64,000 bases of DNA. Origin: an uncultured delta proteobacterium. GTDB lineage: Bacteria > Desulfobacterota > Binatia > HRBIN30 > BPIQ01. Shown piece by piece: positions 30,678 through 39,452 of the stretch. The DNA lies in assembly GCA_963761335.1 (NCBI GenBank), contig CAVXGR010000011.1, positions 32,001 through 96,000 on the forward strand, read 5' to 3'. Each line of letters opens with the position of its first letter. Position 1 is the first letter of the stretch. A program made the position numbers and the translations under genes. The notes under the pieces were generated by a model that was not told where the DNA came from, ran no database searches, and saw only the letters and a list, made by a program, of their open reading frames with translations.

Positions 30678-31400
30678 CTAGAGCTTCTTCCAGAATCGCT
30701 CCAGCGCGGCGGCGGCCTCGGCCGGGCGCTCGAGCGGCCACCAGTGCCCACAACCTTCCAGCAACAGGAGCTCGCCGCCGACGCGGGCGGCGAGCCGTTC
30801 GCCGAAGACCGGCGCCACGTAGGGATCCTCCTTCGCCCACAGGATGAGCGCCGGACGGGTGATCTTCTCGACGCCGGCCTGCCACTCGCGGCCCACGTCA
30901 ATGGCCGAGCGATAGAGGCGCAGGATGGCGTCCTTCATCGTCGCGTCGACGTAGCCCGCCGACTCGCGGGCGTATTCCTGCGGGACACCGCCGGCGACGA
31001 GTGCGTCAGCGAGGGCTTCCGGCGTAAACATTGACATGATCTGCTCTCCCACGCCCGGCGTCTGCCATTGCTGGGCGAGATCGTGCCACACGTAGTCGAC
31101 GTCGATCGGGCCGTCCCCGCACGCCCAGGTGCGGATGAGATCGGGCCGCAGCGAGACGGTGCGCTGCACGAGCAGCGAGCCCCAATCGTGTCCGACGAGA
31201 TCCACCGGAACACCGATGCCTTCGAGCTCGCGGATCAGCCAGTCGACGTACGCGTCCTTGGTGGCGGGGAAGCCCGCCGGCATGGTCGCGGCGAAGCCGG
31301 GAAGAGCGACGGCGACGACGTCCGATCGCTCGAGATGAGAGCGGAGCGGATTCCACAATCGATGCGTATCGGGGACACCGTGAACCAGTACTGCGGGCAT
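30678..31400 (-). CDS. Alpha/beta hydrolase, epoxide hydrolase/dehalogenase-like
   Basis: VHGVPD, GHDWG (Asp nucleophile), GHWWPLE; RBS GGAGG. Confidence 0.9.
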   Translation of the reverse strand: MPAVLVHGVPDTHRLWNPLRSHLERSDVVAVALPGFAATMPAGFPATKDAYVDWLIRELEGIGVPVDLVGHDWGSLLVQRTVSLRPDLIRTWACGDGPIDVDYVWHDLAQQWQTPGVGEQIMSMFTPEALADALVAGGVPQEYARESAGYVDATMKDAILRLYRSAIDVGREWQAGVEKITRPALILWAKEDPYVAPVFGERLAARVGGELLLLEGCGHWWPLERPAEAAAALERFWKKL

Positions 31401-31409
31401 GTTCTCCTC

Positions 31410-31863
31410 CTCCTTCGCTCAGCAGCGCTCGCCGAAGCCGCTCCTCCGTGGAGGAACCCGAGGCTGGCCGATGGTGAAGATCCAGTCGCGCTATTGGTAC
31501 AGCGACGACTGGCCAAAGAAGGACGAGACCTTGCGCACCACGTTCACCTACTACGAGGAGGTGATGAGCCCCGGCTTCGTGCGCATGTACTTCGGCATGG
31601 CCGCCGACCAGGTGGGCCACAGCCTGTTCGACATCGCCCGCGAGATCCCGCAACCGACCTGGCTCGGCTGGGGCGACCGAGACAACGGCGCCAACATGGG
31701 CGCGGGGGTCAAGCGCCTGCAGGGCCTGCTACCGCACTGCGAGCTCCGCGTCTTCCCCGGCGCCCGCCATTCGTTGGCCGCCGAGGTCCCGGACGAGCTC
31801 GCCGGGGCGATCGAGGAGTTTCTCGATCGGCCCTCTGGCCGAGGTGGCGGACCGCCCAGCTGA
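31410..31863 (+). pseudogene. C-terminal fragment of an alpha/beta hydrolase
   Basis: IPQPTWLGWGDRD...FPGARHSLAAEVPDE...IEEFL is present; no nucleophile-bearing N-terminal half; abuts the divergent gene start. Confidence 0.65.
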
Positions 31864-31974
31864 CGCAACCCGAGAAATCCACCGCGGAGTGACGCTGCCC
31901 GTGTGACCGGCTATGAGACGCGAAAACGAGAAGATTCTGGCATGTCCGCTGCAGCACTCCCTGCATCCGTTCGG

Positions 31975-32379
31975 CTACCGTGTATAGCCCGTCTCGTTCG
32001 GGTCGTATTCGACGGCGCTGACCCTCGGACTGCCGTTGGCGGACGAATAGATGATTCGCCCCAGACCCTTGTAGTAGGCGACCGTCTGCGCGCGATCCCC
32101 ACCGAAATAGAAGGGGATGAACGCCTTGCCGGTGATATGGGAGTTGGTATCGGTCGGCGGTCCGATCAGGTCGGCGACCTCCTTCATTCCCATCCCGTCC
32201 TTGATCTTGGCGAGCGGGCTGCCCGCCGGAATCGGGGCCTTTGCCGGGGCCGCCACGGTCGTGGCTGCCGGCTGCGCTCTGCCGGCGCAGCTGCCAACCG
32301 AGAGCGCAAGCGCTCCAACCAACACCAACCGCAGGCCATTTCGCGTCAAGCTGCGCCGATCGAATCGAGCCATTGTCAT
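31975..32379 (-). CDS. Small lipoprotein, SmpA/OmlA/OsmE-like
   Basis: Lipobox-like VGS|C; IKDGMGMKEVADLIGPP; RBS AAGGGAG. Confidence 0.75.
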   Translation of the reverse strand: MTMARFDRRSLTRNGLRLVLVGALALSVGSCAGRAQPAATTVAAPAKAPIPAGSPLAKIKDGMGMKEVADLIGPPTDTNSHITGKAFIPFYFGGDRAQTVAYYKGLGRIIYSSANGSPRVSAVEYDPNETGYTR

Positions 32380-32575
32380 CGTCTCCCTTTCTATCCGCTG
32401 CTCGCCTCCTCTAACACGACAACGCCCGGTACGGGAACAGCCATGCCGGGGAGCGGCTCATCGGCACTGATCATTGGCATTGCGGCGATGCGGCTACCCC
32501 CGGCACTCGGCATGTCGCGCATCGGAGGGCAGCGAATGATGGCCGGCGATTCAGCTCAATCCGATGGGGATCGGA

Positions 32576-32977
32576 TCACCGACGCCAGCGGCCGTAGGCG
32601 ACGAAGACCAGGAGGAGTCCGACGACCAGCGGGAACACCGCCTTGGCGATACCGGCCGTCGCTACCGTCATCACCGTGGCGCCGATCATGATGATCACCA
32701 GCCCGCAGGCGGCCAGCGGCGTCAGGCCCGGCCGGATCCCGGTGAGGCCGGGGAGTAGCAGGCCGAGGCCGCCGAGAAGCTCGGCGATGCCGATGAAGCG
32801 CATGAACGGAACCGACAGCGGAATCTTCTTGGCCATCTCGTCGGCGGGCATGACCAGCTTCATCCCGCCGGCAAACACAAAGAGCAGCGCCAGCAGGCCC
32901 TGCACGATCCACAGCGCATAGGTCATGGTGGTTCGTTGCGGGGATTGGGCGCCGAGCGTTGCGTTCTGTGCAGGCAT
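32576..32977 (-). CDS. DoxX family membrane protein
   Basis: ALWIVQGLLALLFVFAGGMKL, FIGIAELLGGLGLLLP, LTPLAA.GL; alternative start 32926. Confidence 0.9.
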   Translation of the reverse strand: MPAQNATLGAQSPQRTTMTYALWIVQGLLALLFVFAGGMKLVMPADEMAKKIPLSVPFMRFIGIAELLGGLGLLLPGLTGIRPGLTPLAACGLVIIMIGATVMTVATAGIAKAVFPLVVGLLLVFVAYGRWRR

Positions 32978-33247
32978 GCTCTTCCCTCGTCTTTCTGACC
33001 GGTCCTGGTGCGTGTCGCGGGTAAACCAGTGCGGCCATAGTCGATCAGCGGAGCTGCTGCAAGCCGGGCCGCGGCTGTAGCGGTTGTGCGGCGCGGGAAG
33101 CACTGCTATTGTAGGTGCGGTCCACTGATTGTCCGGCGCGAGAAACTCCATCGAGCAGCGCCGCGTCTGGCAAGCCTCCCGCACCCCCACATACGCCCGC
33201 TGGACACACGGGCGCCATCTCTCTTCTCCGAAGAACGAAGGAGATCT

Positions 33248-33436
33248 ATGGCCTCCGCATGGTTTGGTCCCTGTCCTCACTGCAAGTCCGCCCTGTCGTA
33301 CCTCGAGGGGGTCACCGGCAGCGTGATGAACCCCAACTGCCCGCGCTGCAAGCGGCCGGTCACGGTCCATCGCGCCACCTTTCTGATGGCGGACTACTCC
33401 CGCGCCCGCCCTCCCGAAAAACCCTCTTCGCACTGA
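33248..33436 (+). CDS. 62-aa zinc-ribbon microprotein
   Basis: RBS AAGGAG then ATG; CPHC-x18-CPRC. Confidence 0.72.
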   Translation: MASAWFGPCPHCKSALSYLEGVTGSVMNPNCPRCKRPVTVHRATFLMADYSRARPPEKPSSH

Positions 33437-33508
33437 TCCAGCCTTCATGAAGCCGCGCCGCGCCCGGCGGCCGCTCGCCACCTGCCGGTGGGCGTGGTAG
33501 CTGCGGCC

Positions 33509-34225
<717 letters not shown>

Positions 34226-34255
34226 AACATCTCCGGGGTTGTCACCCGGGACTAC

Positions 34256-34670
34256 ATGCCCTCGCCCCTGCCCGAGGTGCCCGCCGAATATTTCGCCCGC
34301 GGCCGGAGGTTCTACGCGGCGCCGCCGGCAGACGGCACGGACATCTGCCTGCAAGTGATCCCACCAGCGAGCGCCTACAAGTGATGCCGCCCTGGCCGGC
34401 GTGGGACGGTGAGGACTTCATCGACCTGCCGGTGCTCGTCAAGACCAAGGGCAAGACGACGACCGATCAGATCTCGCCTGCCGGGCCGCGGCTCAGGTAC
34501 CGCGGCCATCTGGAGAAGTTCAGTGACAACATGTTCATGGGGCGATCAACGCCCATACCGGCGAGCCCGGCCGCTGCGGAAACCTGTTGAGCGCCGAAGC
34601 CTCACCGCCGATCGCCGCAGTGGCGCGGGACTACCGCGCGCGCGGCGTGCGCTGGGTCGTGGTCGGCGAT
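34256..34670 (+). pseudogene. Aconitate hydratase (mitochondrial-type) C-terminal fragment with two frameshifts
   Basis: PTSERLQ...WDGED..DLPVLVKTKGKTTTDQISPAGP.LRYRGHL, then AINA...VARDYRARGVRWVVVGD; NYGEGSSRE and all N-terminal domains are missing. Confidence 0.85.
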
Positions 34671-34916
34671 GCCGAGTCGCTGTGGCTGAAGCACTCATAC
34701 AGCGTCTCGCAGCTCCGCTGGTTCCGCGCCGGCTCGGCGTTGAATCTACACCGAAATTGACAAGTATTCGGCCGGAACTCCATGGAATCGAGTATTTGCA
34801 TGATTCCGGAAGAGGCACACAGCGGCGTGTAAATCATTTCCTTGATGGTCGTGCCAACCAATGGGCGGGTTGGCGGGTCTCATCAGATTTGGTGTAAGGT
34901 TGCGGGCAGAGAGAGC

Positions 34917-35165
34917 ATGCAGCGAAAACCTCAGCGTCGCGTCGCGGGTCGACTCACGGCTGTCATCCTCGGGGGGTGGCTCGCCTTGCTCGCGGGCTGT
35001 GGCGGATCCGATCTGACCTTCCCGGGCGAGATCGTCGCGACGCCGGTCCCGGCGGCGACCGAGACGCCCACGTGCGCCGCAAGCGGCGATGTATGCGACT
35101 TCGACAGCGACTGCTGCAGCGGCTCCTGCATCAGCCCGGACGGCGTCAGCTTCCAGTGTCAGTAA
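34917..35165 (+). CDS. 82-aa lipoprotein with C-terminal six-cysteine knottin-like domain
   Basis: Lipobox LLAG|C; PT linker; C-x6-C-x5-CC-x3-C-x9-C. Confidence 0.8.
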   Translation: MQRKPQRRVAGRLTAVILGGWLALLAGCGGSDLTFPGEIVATPVPAATETPTCAASGDVCDFDSDCCSGSCISPDGVSFQCQ

Positions 35166-35322
35166 CACCGGTTCGGCCGCGCTGCGCCTGACACACAAAA
35201 GAACGCCGCGGGTCGGCGGAAGCGATTGAATGTGAAGATTCCGCGAAATCTCTCCGAACCTCTTGTCGCACCCGGCGGCGCGCGATAGCAGGCGAGAGCT
35301 GGTGCGTGGAAAGAGGATTCAA

Positions 35323-35694
35323 ATGTCGACGTTGCCGCCATCCAATATCTCGATCTTCCGCTTCGCGACGGAGTTCGAACAATTTCCGGCGGGACAGACG
35401 ATCTTCCGCGAGGGAGACGCCGGCGATCAGATGTTCGTGGTCAAAGAGGGCGAGGTCGACATCGTGGTCCAGGGCCGCGTCGTCGAGACCATCGGTCAGG
35501 GCGGAATCTTCGGCGAAATGGCCCTGATCGACCATCAGCCGCGCAGCGGATCCGCCGTGACCAGGGTCGACAGCCAGCTGGTCCGCGTCGACGAACGCCG
35601 CTTCCAGAGTCTCGTCGAACGCACGCCGTTCTTCGCCCTCGAGGTCATGCGCATCATGGCGCATCGCCTTCGGCGCATGAACGCGCGCGCCTGA
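35323..35694 (+). CDS. Stand-alone cyclic-nucleotide-binding domain protein
   Basis: IFREGDAGD.MFVV..GEV, FGEMALID..PRSGSA; no HTH. Confidence 0.92.
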   Translation: MSTLPPSNISIFRFATEFEQFPAGQTIFREGDAGDQMFVVKEGEVDIVVQGRVVETIGQGGIFGEMALIDHQPRSGSAVTRVDSQLVRVDERRFQSLVERTPFFALEVMRIMAHRLRRMNARA

Positions 35695-35886
35695 GCGATC
35701 CGCGCCGGCAAGCGGCCGCCCAACACACCGCCGCTCCCTCCTCATCTTTTCATTGACGCGTGGTGCTCCCGTCATCATGGCGTAACATCTCCGTGCTACC
35801 TTCCTCCGCCAACGCAGCACGACACCGGACGGAACAACCCACACCGATGGCGAACAGCGTCCGAGAGCTGTTCGGAGGGAGAACCC

Positions 35887-36546
35887 ATGAGATTGCTTCT
35901 CGCCACCTCTGTTGCGAGCGCGGCAGTATTGTTCGCAGTGGTCGCAGCGCGTCCCGCCCTTGCCGGCACGCGGATGCAGGGTAGGTTCGTATCGGCACCG
36001 ACCCGTCTGGACGGCGGAGCGGACAAGCTGCCGGCTCCGGCGGGGGACGGCCACAACGACACCGTCAACATGCCCGCCGACTCCTCGTGTCCCTTGCCGG
36101 GCATCGGCAGCTGCACCGCCGATCCCAACATCGCCTGCTCGCTCGAGGCCGGCTTCTCCTATCCCGGATTTGCCGGCATGCTGTATCTCACCTGCTCCGC
36201 CGAGCTCGAGCTCGGACTCCCCATGGAGCTGAAGAACGGCGCCGGCACCGTAAAGGTCGATCTGGCGCAGGCGCCTCTCGGCGTCTGCCTCCCCAGGGGC
36301 AACACCACACAGCTGGTCGGCGCGGCGATCCATGCGCCGAGCGGCGATGTCTCCGGAAATGCGGCGCGCCAGGCGCGGATCGGCTTCTTCCGAGGCAGCG
36401 GCTCGACCAGCGCCCATGGCATCCCCTGCCCGAGCACCACTCTGCCGCTGCGCGGCTCGGTCGCCGGCACCGGGTTCTACACCGGGCTGCCGATCCAGAC
36501 GGGTGTCGGTCCCGTCATCGGCGTGCTCGGCGGCTCGAGCCGGTAA
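35887..36546 (+). CDS. Secreted Cys-containing hypothetical protein
   Basis: RBS GGAG, signal peptide (ALA|G), six Cys; no family recognised. Confidence 0.65.
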   Translation: MRLLLATSVASAAVLFAVVAARPALAGTRMQGRFVSAPTRLDGGADKLPAPAGDGHNDTVNMPADSSCPLPGIGSCTADPNIACSLEAGFSYPGFAGMLYLTCSAELELGLPMELKNGAGTVKVDLAQAPLGVCLPRGNTTQLVGAAIHAPSGDVSGNAARQARIGFFRGSGSTSAHGIPCPSTTLPLRGSVAGTGFYTGLPIQTGVGPVIGVLGGSSR

Positions 36547-36695
36547 CGCCGCGGTCAGGGCGTCGGGCTCGACGGGTTCCCGCGACTGAGAAGCCGTCGA
36601 GCCACGCTTCTCGCCGGCGCGACCCTCCCGACCTCGCGGAACCCCAACGGGGCGCCCGAGCCCGGGGCATGTTCGTTGCTGAGGCAGTTGCCGAC

Positions 36696-37733
36696 ATGTC
36701 TCGCGCTCCAACGGACGACCCGAACCCACAGACGCTCCCCACACCGACGCCTCCGGAACGCCGCCACGGATACGTCCGTGGATGGGACAGGGTGCCGCTC
36801 TATTACACCGTCTACGGCAGCGGCGAGCCAGCGCTGGTGTGCTGCAACGGCCTCGGCGTCTCGACCTTCTTCTGGAAGTACGTAGTCCGCTACTTCTCGG
36901 CAGAGCACCGCGTCGTCACCTGGGACTACCGCGGTCACAACCGCAGCGGTTCGCCCGCGCGGCTGAGCCGCGAGAGCTTCAGCATCGGCAACAACGCCCG
37001 CGACCTGGCCGCTGTGCTCGCCGCCGCCAAGGTATCGCGCGCGGTGCTGCTCGGGCACTCGATGGGATGTCAGGTACTGCTGGAGTTCTGGCGCCGCCAT
37101 CCAGAGCGGGTCGCCGGGCTGGTGCCGATCTGCGGCGCCTACGGCCGGCCGATCGACAGCGCCCTGGGAGCACCGCGCATCGCCCACGGACTGTTCGACG
37201 TCCTCTATGCGGCGACCATTTCGTACCCCCGGCTCGTCGAGCGCGTGCTGCGCCCGGTGTTGCGCTCGCGACTGCCCTTCGAGATCGCTCGCCTCGGCAT
37301 GATCAACTCACAGCTCGCGAACTTCGAGGACATGCAACCCTACTTCGAGCACCTCGCCCGCATCGATCTCGACGTCTTCTTTCTCATGGCGGCAGAGATG
37401 CAGAGCCATGACGCCGGCCCCTGGCTGAACGCCATCGACGCGCCGACCCTGGTGGTGGCCGGCGAAGCAGACCTGCTGACGCCGATCTCCCTGGCTCGCG
37501 AGATGCGCGACAAGGTTCCCGGCGCCGAGCTGCTCACCCTGCCGAAAGGCAGTCACGCCGGCCTGATCGAGCACCCGGAGCTGCTGAACCTGCGCCTGGA
37601 GAAGTTCCTGCGCGAACGGGTGCAGCCGTTCCTGGCGACGCACGGAGCGGCGCGCCGGAGGCGGAGCGCCTTGCGCTCGCCCGGGCGCACCACCAAGAGC
37701 CGTCCCGCGAGCCGCCGGCGCCACGCCTCCTGA
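36696..37733 (+). CDS. Alpha/beta fold hydrolase
   Basis: CCNGLG, WDYRGH, GHSMG, AGEAD..TP, GSHAG..EHP. Confidence 0.9.
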   Translation: MSRAPTDDPNPQTLPTPTPPERRHGYVRGWDRVPLYYTVYGSGEPALVCCNGLGVSTFFWKYVVRYFSAEHRVVTWDYRGHNRSGSPARLSRESFSIGNNARDLAAVLAAAKVSRAVLLGHSMGCQVLLEFWRRHPERVAGLVPICGAYGRPIDSALGAPRIAHGLFDVLYAATISYPRLVERVLRPVLRSRLPFEIARLGMINSQLANFEDMQPYFEHLARIDLDVFFLMAAEMQSHDAGPWLNAIDAPTLVVAGEADLLTPISLAREMRDKVPGAELLTLPKGSHAGLIEHPELLNLRLEKFLRERVQPFLATHGAARRRRSALRSPGRTTKSRPASRRRHAS

Positions 37734-37756
37734 ATTCCGGGCGCGGCTCTCGGTGC

Positions 37757-38068
37757 TCAGTCGGGCACGATTGTCAGACCATTGAAGCGGAACCAGTGCA
37801 TGGTTCCCCGGGGCACGTGCACCAGCGTACCGGCGGTCGCCAGTGCTCTCTCGGCGGCGATTCCGAACTCGATCTCGCCCTTCACGACATAGAAGGACTC
37901 GTCCCAGTCATGGCAGTGCGGCGGCGGACCGCTCCCGGCAGCGCCCTGCTGTAGGAAGATCTCGTAGCCGTCCGTCTGCTCACTGGAGGCGAGCACGGTA
38001 ATCTTCTCGCCGACGACGTTGAGCGGCTGCGGCGCATTCGATGGCGTGATCACAAGCGGTGTGGGCAT
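37757..38068 (-). CDS. Cupin domain protein, probably internally shortened near the C-terminus
   Basis: GPPPHCHDWDESFYV..G and G..VHVPRGTMH cupin motifs; ends abruptly HWFRF-NGLTIVPD. Confidence 0.75.
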   Translation of the reverse strand: MPTPLVITPSNAPQPLNVVGEKITVLASSEQTDGYEIFLQQGAAGSGPPPHCHDWDESFYVVKGEIEFGIAAERALATAGTLVHVPRGTMHWFRFNGLTIVPD

Positions 38069-38181
38069 GGCTCCTTCTCTCCTGGACATCGCAGACTACA
38101 CTCTTTTTTCGGCGGAGTAGAGTCTGCGACACAGGAGCCTGGTACCCGCCGAGCGTGACGACACCAGGCACTGATACTTCT

Positions 38182-38210
38182 TTGACATAGTGTATACGTT
38201 TATGTATGAC
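38182..38210 (+). promoter_or_regulatory. Sigma70-type promoter for a probable leaderless transcript
   Basis: TTGACA-N17-TATGAC, 6 nt before ATG 38217; no Shine-Dalgarno. Confidence 0.6.
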
Positions 38211-38216
38211 ACGGGC

Positions 38217-38648
38217 ATGGCCAAAGCGAAACGCAAGGTAAAGCAGGCCCGCGCGCCGCGCGGGCAAGTCGGTGTACAAACGTACGAGCAGGTCCGCAAG
38301 GTGGTTGCGGAGAAGAATGTTCCGCTAGTGAAGGCCTTCGAGGAAGTCGCGGCGGCAACACAGAGGAAGCCCTCGACGATTGCCGTGACTTACTACCGCA
38401 TCGCCCGCAAGATGGGCGGTGCAACACGCAAGAAGCGGGCTCGGAAAACCCGGAGCGGCTCCACCGGCAACGGCCGGCGGACCAGAGGCCGCCCCGCGAA
38501 AACGTCGGGCGCCCAGGGCGCCTTGTCTCGCGCCGCTGCGAGCATCAAGGAGCTCGAGAATCTGATCACCCGGCAGGAGCGGGAGATCGCGCGCCTCAAG
38601 GGAGAGGCGGGGCTGGCCGACCGAATCAGGAAGGCATTTCGAGAGTAG
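38217..38648 (+). CDS. Small basic putative DNA-binding protein (HTH-like + AT-hook + coiled coil)
   Basis: K/R-rich; AFEEVAAATQRKPSTIAVTYYRIAR; RGRP; heptad IKELENLITRQEREIARLK. Confidence 0.75.
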   Translation: MAKAKRKVKQARAPRGQVGVQTYEQVRKVVAEKNVPLVKAFEEVAAATQRKPSTIAVTYYRIARKMGGATRKKRARKTRSGSTGNGRRTRGRPAKTSGAQGALSRAAASIKELENLITRQEREIARLKGEAGLADRIRKAFRE

Positions 38649-38667
38649 CCTTTCTTCCGCAGCAGCC

Positions 38668-38701
38668 GCCGAGCGACGGACTCCGTCCGTCGCTCGGCTT
38701 T
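38668..38701 (+). terminator. Intrinsic terminator-like hairpin
   Basis: 14-bp perfect stem GCCGAGCGACGGAC / GTCCGTCGCTCGGC, 3-nt loop, short T run, 20 nt after the stop codon. Confidence 0.7.
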
Positions 38702-38785
38702 CCACCTCGATGAGCTCGGCCCCTGGCTCGCAAGCGGGGCGACCGAGCTCATCGCTCCTGTTTGTTTCCCGCTAACCTCGGCGCC

Positions 38786-39379
38786 ATGGAAAAGAATCGC
38801 CTCGAGGCTTTCAGTGACGGCGTGCTGGCCATCATCATCACCATCATGGTGCTGGAGCTGAAAGTGCCGCACGGCTCCGAGGTCGCCGTGTTGAAGCCCC
38901 TGCTGCCGGTCTTCCTCACCTACCTGCTGAGCTTCGTTTACCTCGGCATCTACTGGAACAATCACCACCACCTGCTCAAGGCGGCCCGCCGGGTCACCGG
39001 CGCGATGATGTGGGCAAATCTGCACCTGCTGTTCTGGCTGTCGCTCTTTCCTTTCGTCACCGGCTGGATGGGAGAGAATCACTTCACCGCGGCGCCCACG
39101 GCTCTCTACGGTGGGGTGCTGCTGCTGGCGGCAGTGGCCTATTACATCCTGCAGAGCGTCATCGTCGCCGATCAGGGCCGCGACTCCGAACTGGCAGAGG
39201 TCATCGGCCGCGACTGGAAGGGCAAGCTGTCCCCGGTGCTCTACGCCGTCGCCATCGGCGCCGCTCTCGTCCAGCCGTGGATCTCGGGCTGCATCTACAT
39301 TTCGGTGGCAATGATGTGGCTCATCCCCGACCGCCGCATCGAACACCTCATCGAAAGCTCGCCGCCGGTGCGGCGCTGA
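38786..39379 (+). CDS. TMEM175 family potassium channel
   Basis: RLEAFSDGVLAIIITIMVLEL signature; YWNNHHH; WLIPDRRIE. Confidence 0.95.
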   Translation: MEKNRLEAFSDGVLAIIITIMVLELKVPHGSEVAVLKPLLPVFLTYLLSFVYLGIYWNNHHHLLKAARRVTGAMMWANLHLLFWLSLFPFVTGWMGENHFTAAPTALYGGVLLLAAVAYYILQSVIVADQGRDSELAEVIGRDWKGKLSPVLYAVAIGAALVQPWISGCIYISVAMMWLIPDRRIEHLIESSPPVRR

Positions 39380-39452
39380 GACGACCGGCGCCGTCTCGCC
39401 CGCCTGCGGGCTTTACTTGACAGCTGCGACTCGCCTTGGCTAGTCGCAGCGC

